A stretch of DNA of 62,457 nucleotides. It comes from Nemertoderma westbladi (lineage: Eukaryota > Animalia > Xenacoelomorpha). Under the pieces are notes generated by a model, which searched no databases, was not told the origin of the DNA, and worked only from the letters and a program-made list of their open reading frames with translations. Shown in pieces: positions 22,406 to 34,150 of this stretch. The stretch spans positions 1-62,457 of the forward strand of contig JAUCBJ010007965.1 of NCBI GenBank assembly GCA_032718475.1. Reading direction: 5' to 3'. Every line of letters starts with the position of its first letter. Position 1 is the first letter of the stretch. Made by a program: the position numbers and the translations under genes.

Positions 22406-24355
22406 AGTTGAACGGGATGCTTGTTTTCTAGACTACAGTAGTAGTTGAAAGGGATGCTTGTTTTCTAGACTACAGTACTAGTTGAAAGGGATGCTTGTTT
22501 TCTAGACTACAGTACTAGTTGAAAGGGATGCTTGTTTTCTAGACTACAGTACTAGTTGAACGGATGCTTGTTTTCTAGACTACATTACTAGTTGAACGGG
22601 ATGCTTGTTTTCTAGACTACAGTACTAGTTGAACGGGATGCTTGTTTTCTAGACTACAGTACTAGTTGAACGGGATGCTTGTTTTCTAGACTACAGTACT
22701 AGTTGAACGGATGCTTGTTTTCTAGACTACAGTACTAGTTGAACGGGATGCTTGTTTTCTAGACTACAGTACTAGTTGAACGGATGCTTGTTTTCTAGAC
22801 TACAGTACTAGTTGAACGGGATGCTTGTTTTCTAGAGTATAGTACTAGTTGAACGGGATGCTTGTTTTCTAGACTACAGTACTAGTTGAACGGGATGCTT
22901 GTTTTCTAGACTACAGTTCTAGTTGAACGGGATGCGTGTTTTCTAGACTACTGTACTAGTTGAACGGGATGCTTGTTTTCTAGACTACAGTACTTGTTGA
23001 ACGGGATGCTTGTTTTCTAGAGTACAGTACTAGTTGAACGGGGTGCTTGTTTTCTAGACTACAGTACTAGTTGAACGGGATGCTTGTTTTCTAGAGTACA
23101 GTACTAGTTGAACGGGATGCTTGTTTTCTAGACTACAGTTCTAGTTGAACGGGATGCGTGTTTTCTAGACTACTGTACTAGTTGAACGGGATGCTTGTTT
23201 TCTAGACTACAGTACTTGTTGAACGGGATGCTTGTTTTCTAGACTACAGTACTTGTTGAACGGGATGCTTGTTTTCTAGAGTACAGTACTTGTTGAACGG
23301 GATGCTTGTTTTCTAGAGTACAGTACTAGTTGAACGGGGTGCTTGTTTTCTAGACTACAGTACTTGTTGAACGGGATGCTTGTTTTCTAGAGTACAGTAC
23401 TAGTTGAACGGGATGCTTGTTTTCTAGACTACAGTTCTAGTTGAACGGGATGCGTGTTTTCTAGACTAATGTACTAGTTGAACGGGATGCTTGTTTTCTA
23501 GACTACTGTACTAGTTGAACGGGATGCTTGTTTTCTAGACTACAGTACTTGTTGAACGGGATGCTTGTTTTCTAGAGTACAGTACTAGTTGAACGGGGTG
23601 CTTGTTTTCTAGACTACAGTACTTGTTGAACGGGATGCTTGTTTTCTAGAGTACAGTACTAGTTGAACGGGATGCTTGTTTTCTAGACTACAGTTCTAGT
23701 TGAACGGGATGTGTGTTTTCTAGACTACTGTACTAGTTGAACGGGATGCTGGTTTTCTAGACTACTGTACTAGTTGAACGGGATGCTTGTTTTCTAGACT
23801 ACAGTACTTGTTGAACGGGATGCTTGTTTTCTAGAGTACAGTACTAGTTGAACGGGGTGCTTGTTTTCTAGACTACAGTACTTGTTGAACGGGATGCTTG
23901 TTTTCTAGAGTACAGTACTAGTTGAACGGGATGCTTGTTTTCTAGACTACAGTTCTAGTTGAACGGGATGCGTGTTTTCTAGACTACTGTACTAGTTGAA
24001 CGGGATGCTTGTTTTCTAGACTACAGTACTTGTTGAACGGGATGCTTGTTTTCTAGAGTACAGTACTAGTTGAACGGGGTGCTTGTTTTCTAGACTACAG
24101 TACTTGTTGAACGGGATGCTTGTTTTCTAGAGTACAGTACTAGTTGAACGGGATGCTTGTTTTCTAGACTACAGTACTTGTTGAACGGGATGCTTGTTTT
24201 CTAGAGTACAGTACTAGTTGAACGGGGTGCTTGTTTTCTAGACTACAGTTCTAGTTGAACGGAAAGCGTGTTTTCTAGATTACAGTTCTAGTTGAACGGG
24301 ATGTGGGTTTTCTAGACTAGAGTACTAGTTGAAAGGGATGCGGGTTTTCTAGACC
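22406..24355. repeat. 37-bp satellite, ~52 copies
   Basis: Unit agttgaacgggatgcttgttttctagactacagtact with recurring variants. Confidence 0.97.
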
Positions 24356-24437
24356 AGTATATTAAATCATCCCACTTTTATTTTACTCCAATACTCATTT
24401 ATTATACTCAAATAAATTGTATTAATTAAATAGGCCT

Positions 24438-27400
24438 GTCACTACAGTACTGCTGCTACAACGTCACTATTGTACTACTGCTACAACGTCACTACAGTAC
24501 TACTGCTACAACGTCACTACAGTACTACTGCTACAACGTCACCACAGTACTACTGCTACAACGTCATTACAGTACTACTGCTACAACGTCACTACAGTAC
24601 TACTGCTACAACGTCACTACCGTACTACTGCTACAACGTCACTACCGTACTACTGCTACAACGTCACTACAGTGCTACTGCTACAACGTCACTACAGTAC
24701 TACTGCTACAACGTCACTACAGTACTACTGCTACAACGTCACTACAGTACTACTGCTACAACGTCACTGCAGTACTACTGCTACAACGTCACTACAGTAC
24801 TACTGCTACAACGTCACTACAGTACTACTGCTACAACGTCACTACAGTACTACTGCTACAACGTCACTACAGTACTACTGCTACAACGTCACTGCAGTAC
24901 TACTGCTACAACGTCACTACAGTACTACTGCTACAACGTCATTACAGTACTACTGATACAACGTCACTACAGTACTACTGCTACAACGTCACTACAGTAC
25001 TACTGCTACAACGTCACTACAGTACTACTGCTACAACGTCATTACAGTACTACTGCTACAACGTCACTGCAGTACTACTGCTACAAAGTCACTACAGTAC
25101 TACTGCTACAACGTCATTACAGTACTACTGATACAACGTCATTACAGTACTACTGCTACAACGTCATTACAGTACTACTGCTACAACGTCACTGCAGTAC
25201 TACTGCTACAACGTCACTACAGTACTACTGCTACAACGTCATTACAGTACTACTGCTACAACGTCACTACAGTACTACTGCTGCAACGTCATTACAGTAC
25301 TACTGATACAACGTCACTACAGTACTACTGCTACAACGTCACTACAGTACTACTGCTACAACGTCACTACAGTACTACTTCTACAGCGTCATTACAGTAC
25401 TACTGCTACAACGTCACTACAGTACTACTGCTACAACGTCACTACAGTACTACTGCTACAACGTCACTACAGTACTACTGCTACAACGTCACTACCGTAC
25501 TACTGCTACAACGTCACTACAGTACTAATGCTACAACGTCACTACAGTACTACTGCTACAACGTCACTACAGTACTACTGCTACAACGTCACTACAGTAC
25601 TACTGCTACAACGTCACTGCATTACTACTGCTACAACATCACTACAGTACTACTGCTACAACGTCACTACAGTACTACTGCTACAACGTCACTACAGTAC
25701 TGCTGCTACAACGTCACTTCCGTACTACTGCTACAACGTCACTACAGTACTACTGCTACAGCGTCACTACAATACTACTGCTACAACGTCACTACAGTAC
25801 TACTGCTACAACGTCACTACCGTACTACTGCTACAACGTCACTACAGTGCTACTGCTACAACGTCACTACAGTACTACTGCTACAACGTCACTACAGTAC
25901 TACTGCTACAACGTCACTACAGTACTACTGCTACAACGTCACTGCAGTACTACTGCTACAACGTCACTACAGTACTACTGCTACAACGTCACTACAGTAC
26001 TACTGCTACAACGTCACTACAGTACTACTGCTACAACGTCACTACAGTACTACTGCTACAACGTCACTACAGTACTACTGCTACAACGTCACTACAGTAC
26101 TACTGCTACAACGTCACTACAGTACTACTGCTACAACGTCACTACAGTACTCCTGCTACAACGTCACTACAGTACTACTGCTACAACGTCACTACAGTAC
26201 TACTGCTACAACGTCACTGCAGTACTACTGCTACAACGTCACTACCGTACTTCTGCTACAACGTCATTACAGTACTACTGCTACAACGTCATTACAGTAC
26301 TACTGCTACAACGTCACTACAGTACTACTGCTACAACGTCACTACAGTACTACTGCTACAACGTCACTGCAGTACTACTGCTACAACGTCACTACAGTAC
26401 TACTGCTACAACGTCACTACAGTACTACTGCTACAACGTCACTACCGTACTTCTGCTACAACGTCATTACAGTACTACTGCTACAACGTCATTACAGTAC
26501 TACTGCTACAACGTCACTACAGTACTACTGCTACAACGTCACTACAGTACTACTGCTACAACGTCACTACAGTACTACTGCTACAACGTCACTACAGTAC
26601 TACTGCTACAACGTCACTACAGTACTACTGCTACAACGTCACTACAGTACTACTGCTACAACGTCACTACAGTACTACTGCTACAACGTCACTACAGTAC
26701 TACTGCTACAACGTCACTACAGTACTACTGCTACAACGTCACTACAATACTACTGCTACAACGTCACTACAATACTACTGCTACAACGTCACTACAGTAC
26801 TACTGCTACAACGTCACTACAGTGCTACTGCTACAACGTAACTACAGTACTACTGCTACAACGTCACTACAGTACTACTGCTACAACGTCACTACAGTAC
26901 TACTGCTACAACGTCACTACAGTACTACTGCTACAACGTCACTGCAGTACTACTGCTACAACGTCACTACAGTACTACTGCTACAACGTCAATACCGTAC
27001 TACTGCTACAACGTCACTGCAGTACTACTGCTACAACGTCACTACAGTACTACTGCTACAACGTCATTACAGTACTACTGCTATAACGTCACTACAGTAC
27101 TACTGCTACAACGTCACTACAGTACTACTGCTACAACGTCACTACAGTACTACTGCTACAACGTCACTACAGTACTACTGCTACAACGTCACTACAGTAC
27201 TACTGCTACAACGTCACTACAGTACTACTGCTACAACGTCACCGCAGTACTACTGCTACAACGTCACTACAGTACTACTGCTACAACGTCACTACAGTAC
27301 TACTGCTACAACGTCATTACAGTACTACTGCTACAACGTCACTGCAGTACTACTGCTACAACGTCACTACAGTACTACTGCTACAACGTCAATATCGTAC

Positions 27401-27486
27401 TACTGCTACAACGTCACTACAGTACTACTGCTACAACGTCACTACAGTACTACTGCTACAACGTCACTACCGTACTGCTGCTACAA
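24438..27486. repeat. 25-bp satellite, ~120 copies
   Basis: Unit actacagtactactgctacaacgtc; long ORFs here are artefacts. Confidence 0.98.
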
Positions 27487-27551
27487 ACAGACTGATAGAT
27501 TTCTTGGCTCATTCAATGTTCAAGAATCAAGGTATAAAGATTACAAACCCA

Positions 27552-27666
27552 TATTGCCTATTGTGTTTATTGCCTATTGTCTTTATTGCCTATTGTGTTT
27601 TTTCCTATTGTGTTTATTGCCTATTGTGTTTATTGCCTATTGTGTTTATTGCCTATTGTGTTTATT
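27552..27666. repeat. 17-bp minisatellite
   Basis: tattgcctattgtgttt about 6 times. Confidence 0.88.
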
Positions 27667-28227
27667 CGGCCCTTTGCCTTCGGGGCAAATTGGCTTTAAT
27701 TGGTCATATTGGCTCCAGGTAGGGTTGAAAACCAGATTTCCAGTTAGGTTTAGGGTTGAAGACACTTTTTTTGTAGGGTTTTGAAAGGGTGCCCCTAACC
27801 AGGGCCATAGACAGACCTTCTAACATTTGGTGGTGAAGTGAGCCGTTTTTGGTGGAAAGCGAGTTAATTTGGTGCAAAAAGGTAATTGCAGTAGGTGTGC
27901 AGATAACTTGTTGCGGTTTTATTTTAGATTCTAAAAATATTATGTATTAAATGATGATAAATTATGTCATATAATTTCACACTTACAATGCTGTACATTG
28001 AATAGAACTTAATTGTAATAAAGTAATTTGTCAGACAAATTAAAGTGCACCCCCCAGTAAAAAGTAATTGCTACAAGTATACACTATTTATGTATGTTGG
28101 ATTAATTACTGTTCAAGTTTCCTGTTTCTTTATTGGTCTGACTAATTAATTCGATATTAAACAATATTTTAAACTTAAATACGGAAACTGTTACACAACA
28201 CTAACAACACTCTGTTTAATTAGAAAT

Positions 28228-28298
28228 ATGTTGTTACCAATCACACTCCTTGCTATTCTCTCTGTATGTATGGCAGCGCAGAGGCCTATAACTGATAC
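28228..28298 (+). CDS. Candidate signal-peptide exon of the micro-exon gene (MLLPITLLAILSVCMAAQRPITD)
   Basis: ATG, hydrophobic run, small residues at a plausible cleavage site, then donor GTGAGT at 28299 (phase 2). Confidence 0.5.
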
Positions 28299-28383
28299 GT
28301 GAGTATGAGTGCATACATACTTATCTTACGAGCTTAGTTCAGTTATTCAATGAAGAAAGAAAAGAAACATAATATACTAACAG

Positions 28384-28448
28384 TGCGCGACAAAATATTT
28401 CTGATCAAAGTACAACTTTTCTTATAGCTAATATCGTAATGCTGAATG
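28384..28448 (+). CDS. Candidate exon (65 nt, phase 2 to 1; alternative acceptor gives a 21-nt phase-1 exon 28428-28448)
   Basis: Acceptors ctaacAG (28383) or ttttcttatAG (28427); donor G|GTAAGA at 28449; frame open and joins the signal-peptide exon to the downstream phase-1 exons. Confidence 0.42.
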
Positions 28449-28517
28449 GTAAGATATGACATTGCCATCTAGCTAACACAAACATGCAATATGGGTGGGA
28501 TAGACTTTTGATAAATC

Positions 28518-28692
28518 CTTTACCAATCTGATTTAAATAATTGAACGAAAGACTAACTCATAGATACAAAAACATTTACCAATGTGATTAAAATAATTGA
28601 ACGAAAGACTAACTCATAGATACAAAAACCTATACCAATGTGATTAAAATAATTGAACGAAAGACTAACTCGCATAGATACAAAAACCTTTA
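28518..28692. repeat. 56-bp tandem repeat x3
   Basis: taccaatgtgattaaaataattgaacgaaagactaactcatagatacaaaaac repeated. Confidence 0.88.
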
Positions 28693-30323
28693 CTCGGATT
28701 TGAAACTTGGGTTTATTCAGCCATTCGATGAATGATTCTATCATAAAATGCTCGATGTTAATATTCTGCTCTTTGGTATAGTATGCCAGCCAATAGGTAT
28801 CCTTTGTGTAGCTGTGTACCGCCGTCAGTCGATCGTACAAATTGATATCCATTTATTTTCTACTTTTTATGTCCAAATCTTTCCTCCATCCCACGTAAAA
28901 TACTTGCATCGATCTCTCAGCTTCTGTTTCACAATCCAGATGTTGACCACATAGTAATTAGGCACCTAATGAGATAAACGATACAACAGTCAATTAAATA
29001 ATCTTTAATATTGATCCTATTTGGTATCCGTTATATGGTTATCAGATGAAAACCTTTTGGAAGCCTTTTGGCTGATCAATGAATTTTACAATTACTTACA
29101 GTACCGGTAGTAATAATTATAGCTCCTAATATTGTAAACCAGAGGGGCAATTAAATTGGATTTTATTTCCACAGAATGTCACATTGATTTGATTGTAAAG
29201 TTATAAGGTTAATGGAAAGTTAAATTGTTTGATTCTATGTGAACTAATCATTGTTAGAAATAAAAATAAATAAAGTTAAACACATTTTTAGTATTTCTGA
29301 TATCTAATGAGTGGCTATCTGTATCTCCAACAATGTTATTTGCAATAGTTTCAGCAATTTTCTTTGTAATCTCAATCAGAAGCGTTGAATCAGAACTGCC
29401 TCCCCCTCTGCCAGTCCCCCTTCCCACGTTACCAGGGCCACCGCGGCCACCATTTGTTTTCCCCACATCACTACCCCCAGGTTAGAAGATAACTTCATAC
29501 AATTTAACCACAGTTGGTAGGCCCACAGATATATCGGTATGTCAATGTTGGGAACCGGTAAACGTAATGTAATATAATATTTGAATATTAAAAGTAATAT
29601 AACTTCCGCGCCACTCAATATTGAATGACATTTTTCGTCGGGCGCATTAGATGTGGGATCCCCGTCACGGCAAAGACTCTGCTTGTGTTGGGGGGGGGGG
29701 GGGGGGGGGTGGGGGTGGGGAATGACCTTGGGTCATGGGGGGGCATTGGTTGATCCCAATCTGCCTGGCCAGGTCATATACCCCTGCAGCCAAGTATATG
29801 GGTCCTTAATCCAGGATCAAGGGCGTCCTTATCCCAGAACGAAGGGGGTCCTAGTTACAGGACCAGCTTTGCCCTAGTAAGAGGGTCTATGCAGCTACAG
29901 GTGGCACCCCTTTATGCTGCATGGAGGTGGCTAGTTTTCTAGATCACTGACCTTGATGAATTGACCTGACCTGGACCCGTAGGGGCGGGGTGTTACATCC
30001 TGGTCGGCAATGCGGCTTCCACAATGAGCACCGGGTCCTTCTTTCAAAAACAACGAGGGACTCTACCAGATGGTTCAAGGTCCCTAGATTATTTAATTAA
30101 CTTTAATTCAATTAATTGGAGTTGTTGAACGGTGCGTTTAATCTAATCATTTAAATCTACGATTTAGAAATATCATATTTTTTGAATTTTGAAATTTACA
30201 AAAGAATCTTTCGTGTACATTTTTGGTTGAATATTACAAACATTTTGTCAGTTATCATTATACATTATACTGGTTGTAGTTCACTGAATTATTATGCTTA
30301 ATCAATAATTGATATATTTGCAG

Positions 30324-30359
30324 GCAGTAACGATGGTGAATGCATGTGTCCATGCGAAT
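30324..30359 (+). CDS. 36-nt phase-1 micro-exon (G)[11 protein letters not shown]
   Basis: atatttgcAG acceptor, GTAAGT donor at 30360, length divisible by 3, open frame. Confidence 0.72.
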
Positions 30360-30393
30360 GTAAGTATTCATGTTTTACCATTGTTACATGTAA

Positions 30394-31037
<644 letters not shown>

Positions 31038-31459
31038 TACATACTATATTCTAGTACAGATTTGTCAGTAGAACACTACCTATGGTATCAAGAGAGCTCA
31101 GAGAAGTGGTAACAGCTAGGCTAGGGCTATACTGTATAGAGAGAGATAGAAGCAGTCATATAACTATGAAAGTAAAAGTATCATAAATTTCACGATAATT
31201 GCTTACACTGCGCCCGTACACCGTGTTGAGGGTATGAACTGTACAATAACACTACCATACTTACTAGATTTACTACTAAAATTATTACTAAAATTTACTA
31301 GATTTGGGCGAAACCTCAATCAACACACTTAAACAAACCATTAAACCTATTGAATTCGAGAACCGATTGATAATAAATTTTGGAAGGTTTTATTTCAATA
31401 TTAATTGATTAATAATTTCATATTTTGATAATTTTGGCTGAATATTTTGTTACTTTTAG

Positions 31460-31510
31460 GTCCAACCACTACAACAACGATACCAGAACCCACAACCACC
31501 AAAGGTGAAT
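31460..31510 (+). CDS. 51-nt phase-1 exon (C)PTTTTIPEPTTTKGE
   Basis: ttttgttacttttAG acceptor, GTAAGT donor at 31511; in-frame alternative donor GTGAAT at 31505; mucin-like Thr/Pro content. Confidence 0.75.
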
Positions 31511-31633
31511 GTAAGTTATTCTACCAATGTAAAAAATCCACTTTGATTTGTTGTGTACAAATTACCTAAGTAATTTGTAGCGTTCGTTCATTATGTAGCG
31601 TTCGCAACAGTCCGTATTTGTACTGTAGGTAGG

Positions 31634-31692
31634 CCTACCAGTCTACCTACCAGTCTACCTACCAGTCTACTTACCAGTCTACCCACCAGTCT
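31634..31692. repeat. 12-bp minisatellite x~5
   Basis: cctaccagtcta repeated. Confidence 0.85.
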
Positions 31693-32027
31693 CATTTCTA
31701 TTAATACTGTATACTGCATTGCAGCCTTCCGATGTTGTGTTGTCTAATGTGTATGGCTGAAATGAAATGAGCATGAATTCTTGTCTTTGGTGGTGGGATA
31801 GTGTTTTGGTCCAAGTTTGAAAGTTTTGAGACATAAATTGTATTATATGTATTATATTTATTAAAACTACACCCCGCTTGGGGGTGTAGTTTAAAGAAAA
31901 TATATATTTGTTAAAACATATATAATATGTTAGTAATTATTTTGTAAAGTAAATAAAGCGCCACGTCAAGAAACCAGCATGCCCATTGCTACTCGTTTCT
32001 GCTTGTAGGCCGGCCGGCATACCGCCT

Positions 32028-34150
32028 CTACTACTACTACTAGGATCGGCATGCCACATTGCAGCTGCATTTTTAAGAATGCTGTGCCGGCTTATCGACA
32101 AAATTGCACCGCCACAACTCCCTATCACCCATGACATTTGCTAGATCATCCGCATCTTCAAGGCCAGTGTCCTTTAAGATGCGTCTCAAGAAAGTCATGG
32201 GGTGTCCACCATGCTTATTCACTCCATGAGGCTGCCAAAGTACAAGATTATGCACTGGCTGGTCCTCACGGCGAAAGCAATGTCCTGCAAAGCGGAGGCG
32301 ATTTTGTTCTAGTGTCAAGCTTAGGGGAACCAATGAGACACCTCCAATGTTATATAGTGTCTGGTTGGAGATGTGTGCATTGTACTTGACACAATGAACC
32401 CGGCGTAGCATTCTTGTGAATGTGCCATCCAGAGATTTGGTGTCCTCAGCAGTTAGAGCCCAGCATGGACTCCCATAGAGGAGTACTGGAACTACTGCTG
32501 CTCTAAATAATCGGACCTTAAGTTTCCGATTAATTCTCGGTGACTTCCAAATCCTGGAAAGCCTATTCAAGGCTGCCAATGCCTTTCCCTTACGTATTCG
32601 AAGGTCCTCACCTGACTTCCGGATCCATGATCCCAGGTAACAGAAGTCATCCACATGCTCAAGCATACCATCTTTTGAGCTTATGCTCATCCGATCAGAG
32701 ACTTGCTGAGGACTTTCAAAGTTAACTGTCAAATTTTTGGTCTTTCTGGAGTTAATAAAAAGACCAACACTAGAAGCAGCATGTTCTAATGAGCTGAGGA
32801 GACGTTGGGCTCCCTCTAGTGATTCTGAGAGTACTCCTAAGTCATCAGCAAAGTCTAGATCAGTTAGGTACTTGGCAGGATTTCCTCGACTTCTGGAGCC
32901 AGTAGGTGGAGTTATCATCACCCCATCATCATTATGATGATCTAAGGACATGCGTAGAACATAGTCAACAACAATTATGAACAAGAATGGTGCAAGTGTG
33001 TCTCCATGGAGGACGCGCCATAACACTTCAAATGGTTCTGTGTCACCATCAACAGTAGACACAAATGTTGTCGAACCATCATTTACTGATCTGATTGCTG
33101 CAATAATTTCATCAGGAATCCCATATAATGAAAGTATGCTGAACATACGTGAGCGAGAGACTGAATCAAAGGCCTTGAAGAAGTCAACAAAGATAACAGC
33201 CAGATGCCTGTCTTTCTTTTTTGATAACTCTTCAATTATCCTTCTAAGTGCCAAAATGGGCTCCATGGTCCCACGACCTTTACGGAACCCATTCTGATTT
33301 CCACGGAGCAGTCTCTCAATGGGATCCCTGATGCGATTTAATATAATTCTATTTTATAGCTTTGCAGCAATCGAGATCAATGAGATTCCCCGAAAAGAAC
33401 CATAGAGTGTTAGGTTGCCCTTCTTGGGAACTGGCACCAACTTATTTGTTTTCATTTCTTGTGGGACTCTTGTTGTTCGGTACATGTCTACTATGATGGG
33501 ATATATGAGCTTTAAACACTCAGGTATTTAAAAGACCTCAGGGGGAACACCATTTACTCCACTGGCACGATTGGTCTTAATGCTCTTTGCAGCAGCCTTC
33601 ACCTCTGCAAAGGAGATATCACCAATGGGAATATCTGGGAGTACAGACTCAGACACTTTTACTTCTATAAAGTTATCAGGCAATACCCTGTCATTATTGA
33701 GAAGCTTTTCAATGTGGGCCTTCCAACCATTGAGGCGATCGGCTGGTGATTCAGCCTTAACCTTGGTGGTTGGTTGGCTTTTCCACCCAGTAAGCAAGTT
33801 GATCGATTTCCATGCCTGGGATGATTGCCTGCTGTCGTCAGCATCATTAATGGCGTCAACCTGTTGGTTTATTAGCTCCTGTAGATTAACAGAGTACTGC
33901 CGGTTCAGGGACCTAGATGCAGCCTTAACTGCATTCTTGGCCGCTGTAGTCTGTTTGAGTCGGGACTCTTTCTGCGCCTTGTAGAGGTCATTTCGGCACT
34001 TCTGAATTTTGTTGTCAGTCCAGGGGGCCCGTTTCCTGTTTCGAGGGTATACGGGGAACTGTTTCTGCAGCTGCTAACTTAACTGCCTCTGTGAAGGCAG
34101 TATAGCCCTCACAGTGATCTGCCGCCTCAGAGGCAAGAACCTCTGAGGGA
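32028..34150 (-). mobile_element. 5'-truncated, disrupted RTE-like LINE, copy 2 (RT ORF 32073-33266 plus upstream fragments)
   Basis: GFRKGRGT, FVDFFKAFDSV, GDTLAPFLF and LDFADD motifs; (TAG)n tail at 32028-32043; stops/frameshifts upstream of 33300; no endonuclease domain seen. Confidence 0.92.

Noticed and set aside
22406-24355. 37-bp repeat as a CRISPR array
   Set aside because: Units are head-to-tail with no unique spacers, there are no cas genes, and the context is eukaryotic.
24470-27784. Long ORFs (278-645 aa) in the 25-bp array, and similar ORFs at 1.1-1.9, 30.3-31.1, 34-37, 39-41 and 55.5-57 kb
   Set aside because: Stop-free translations of tandem repeats, open in several frames.
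29650-30085. GC-rich island with a ggacccg/cgggtcc stem as a LINE 5' ribozyme
   Set aside because: Could not build the P3, P1.1 and P2 elements on either strand; probably an unidentified repeat fragment.
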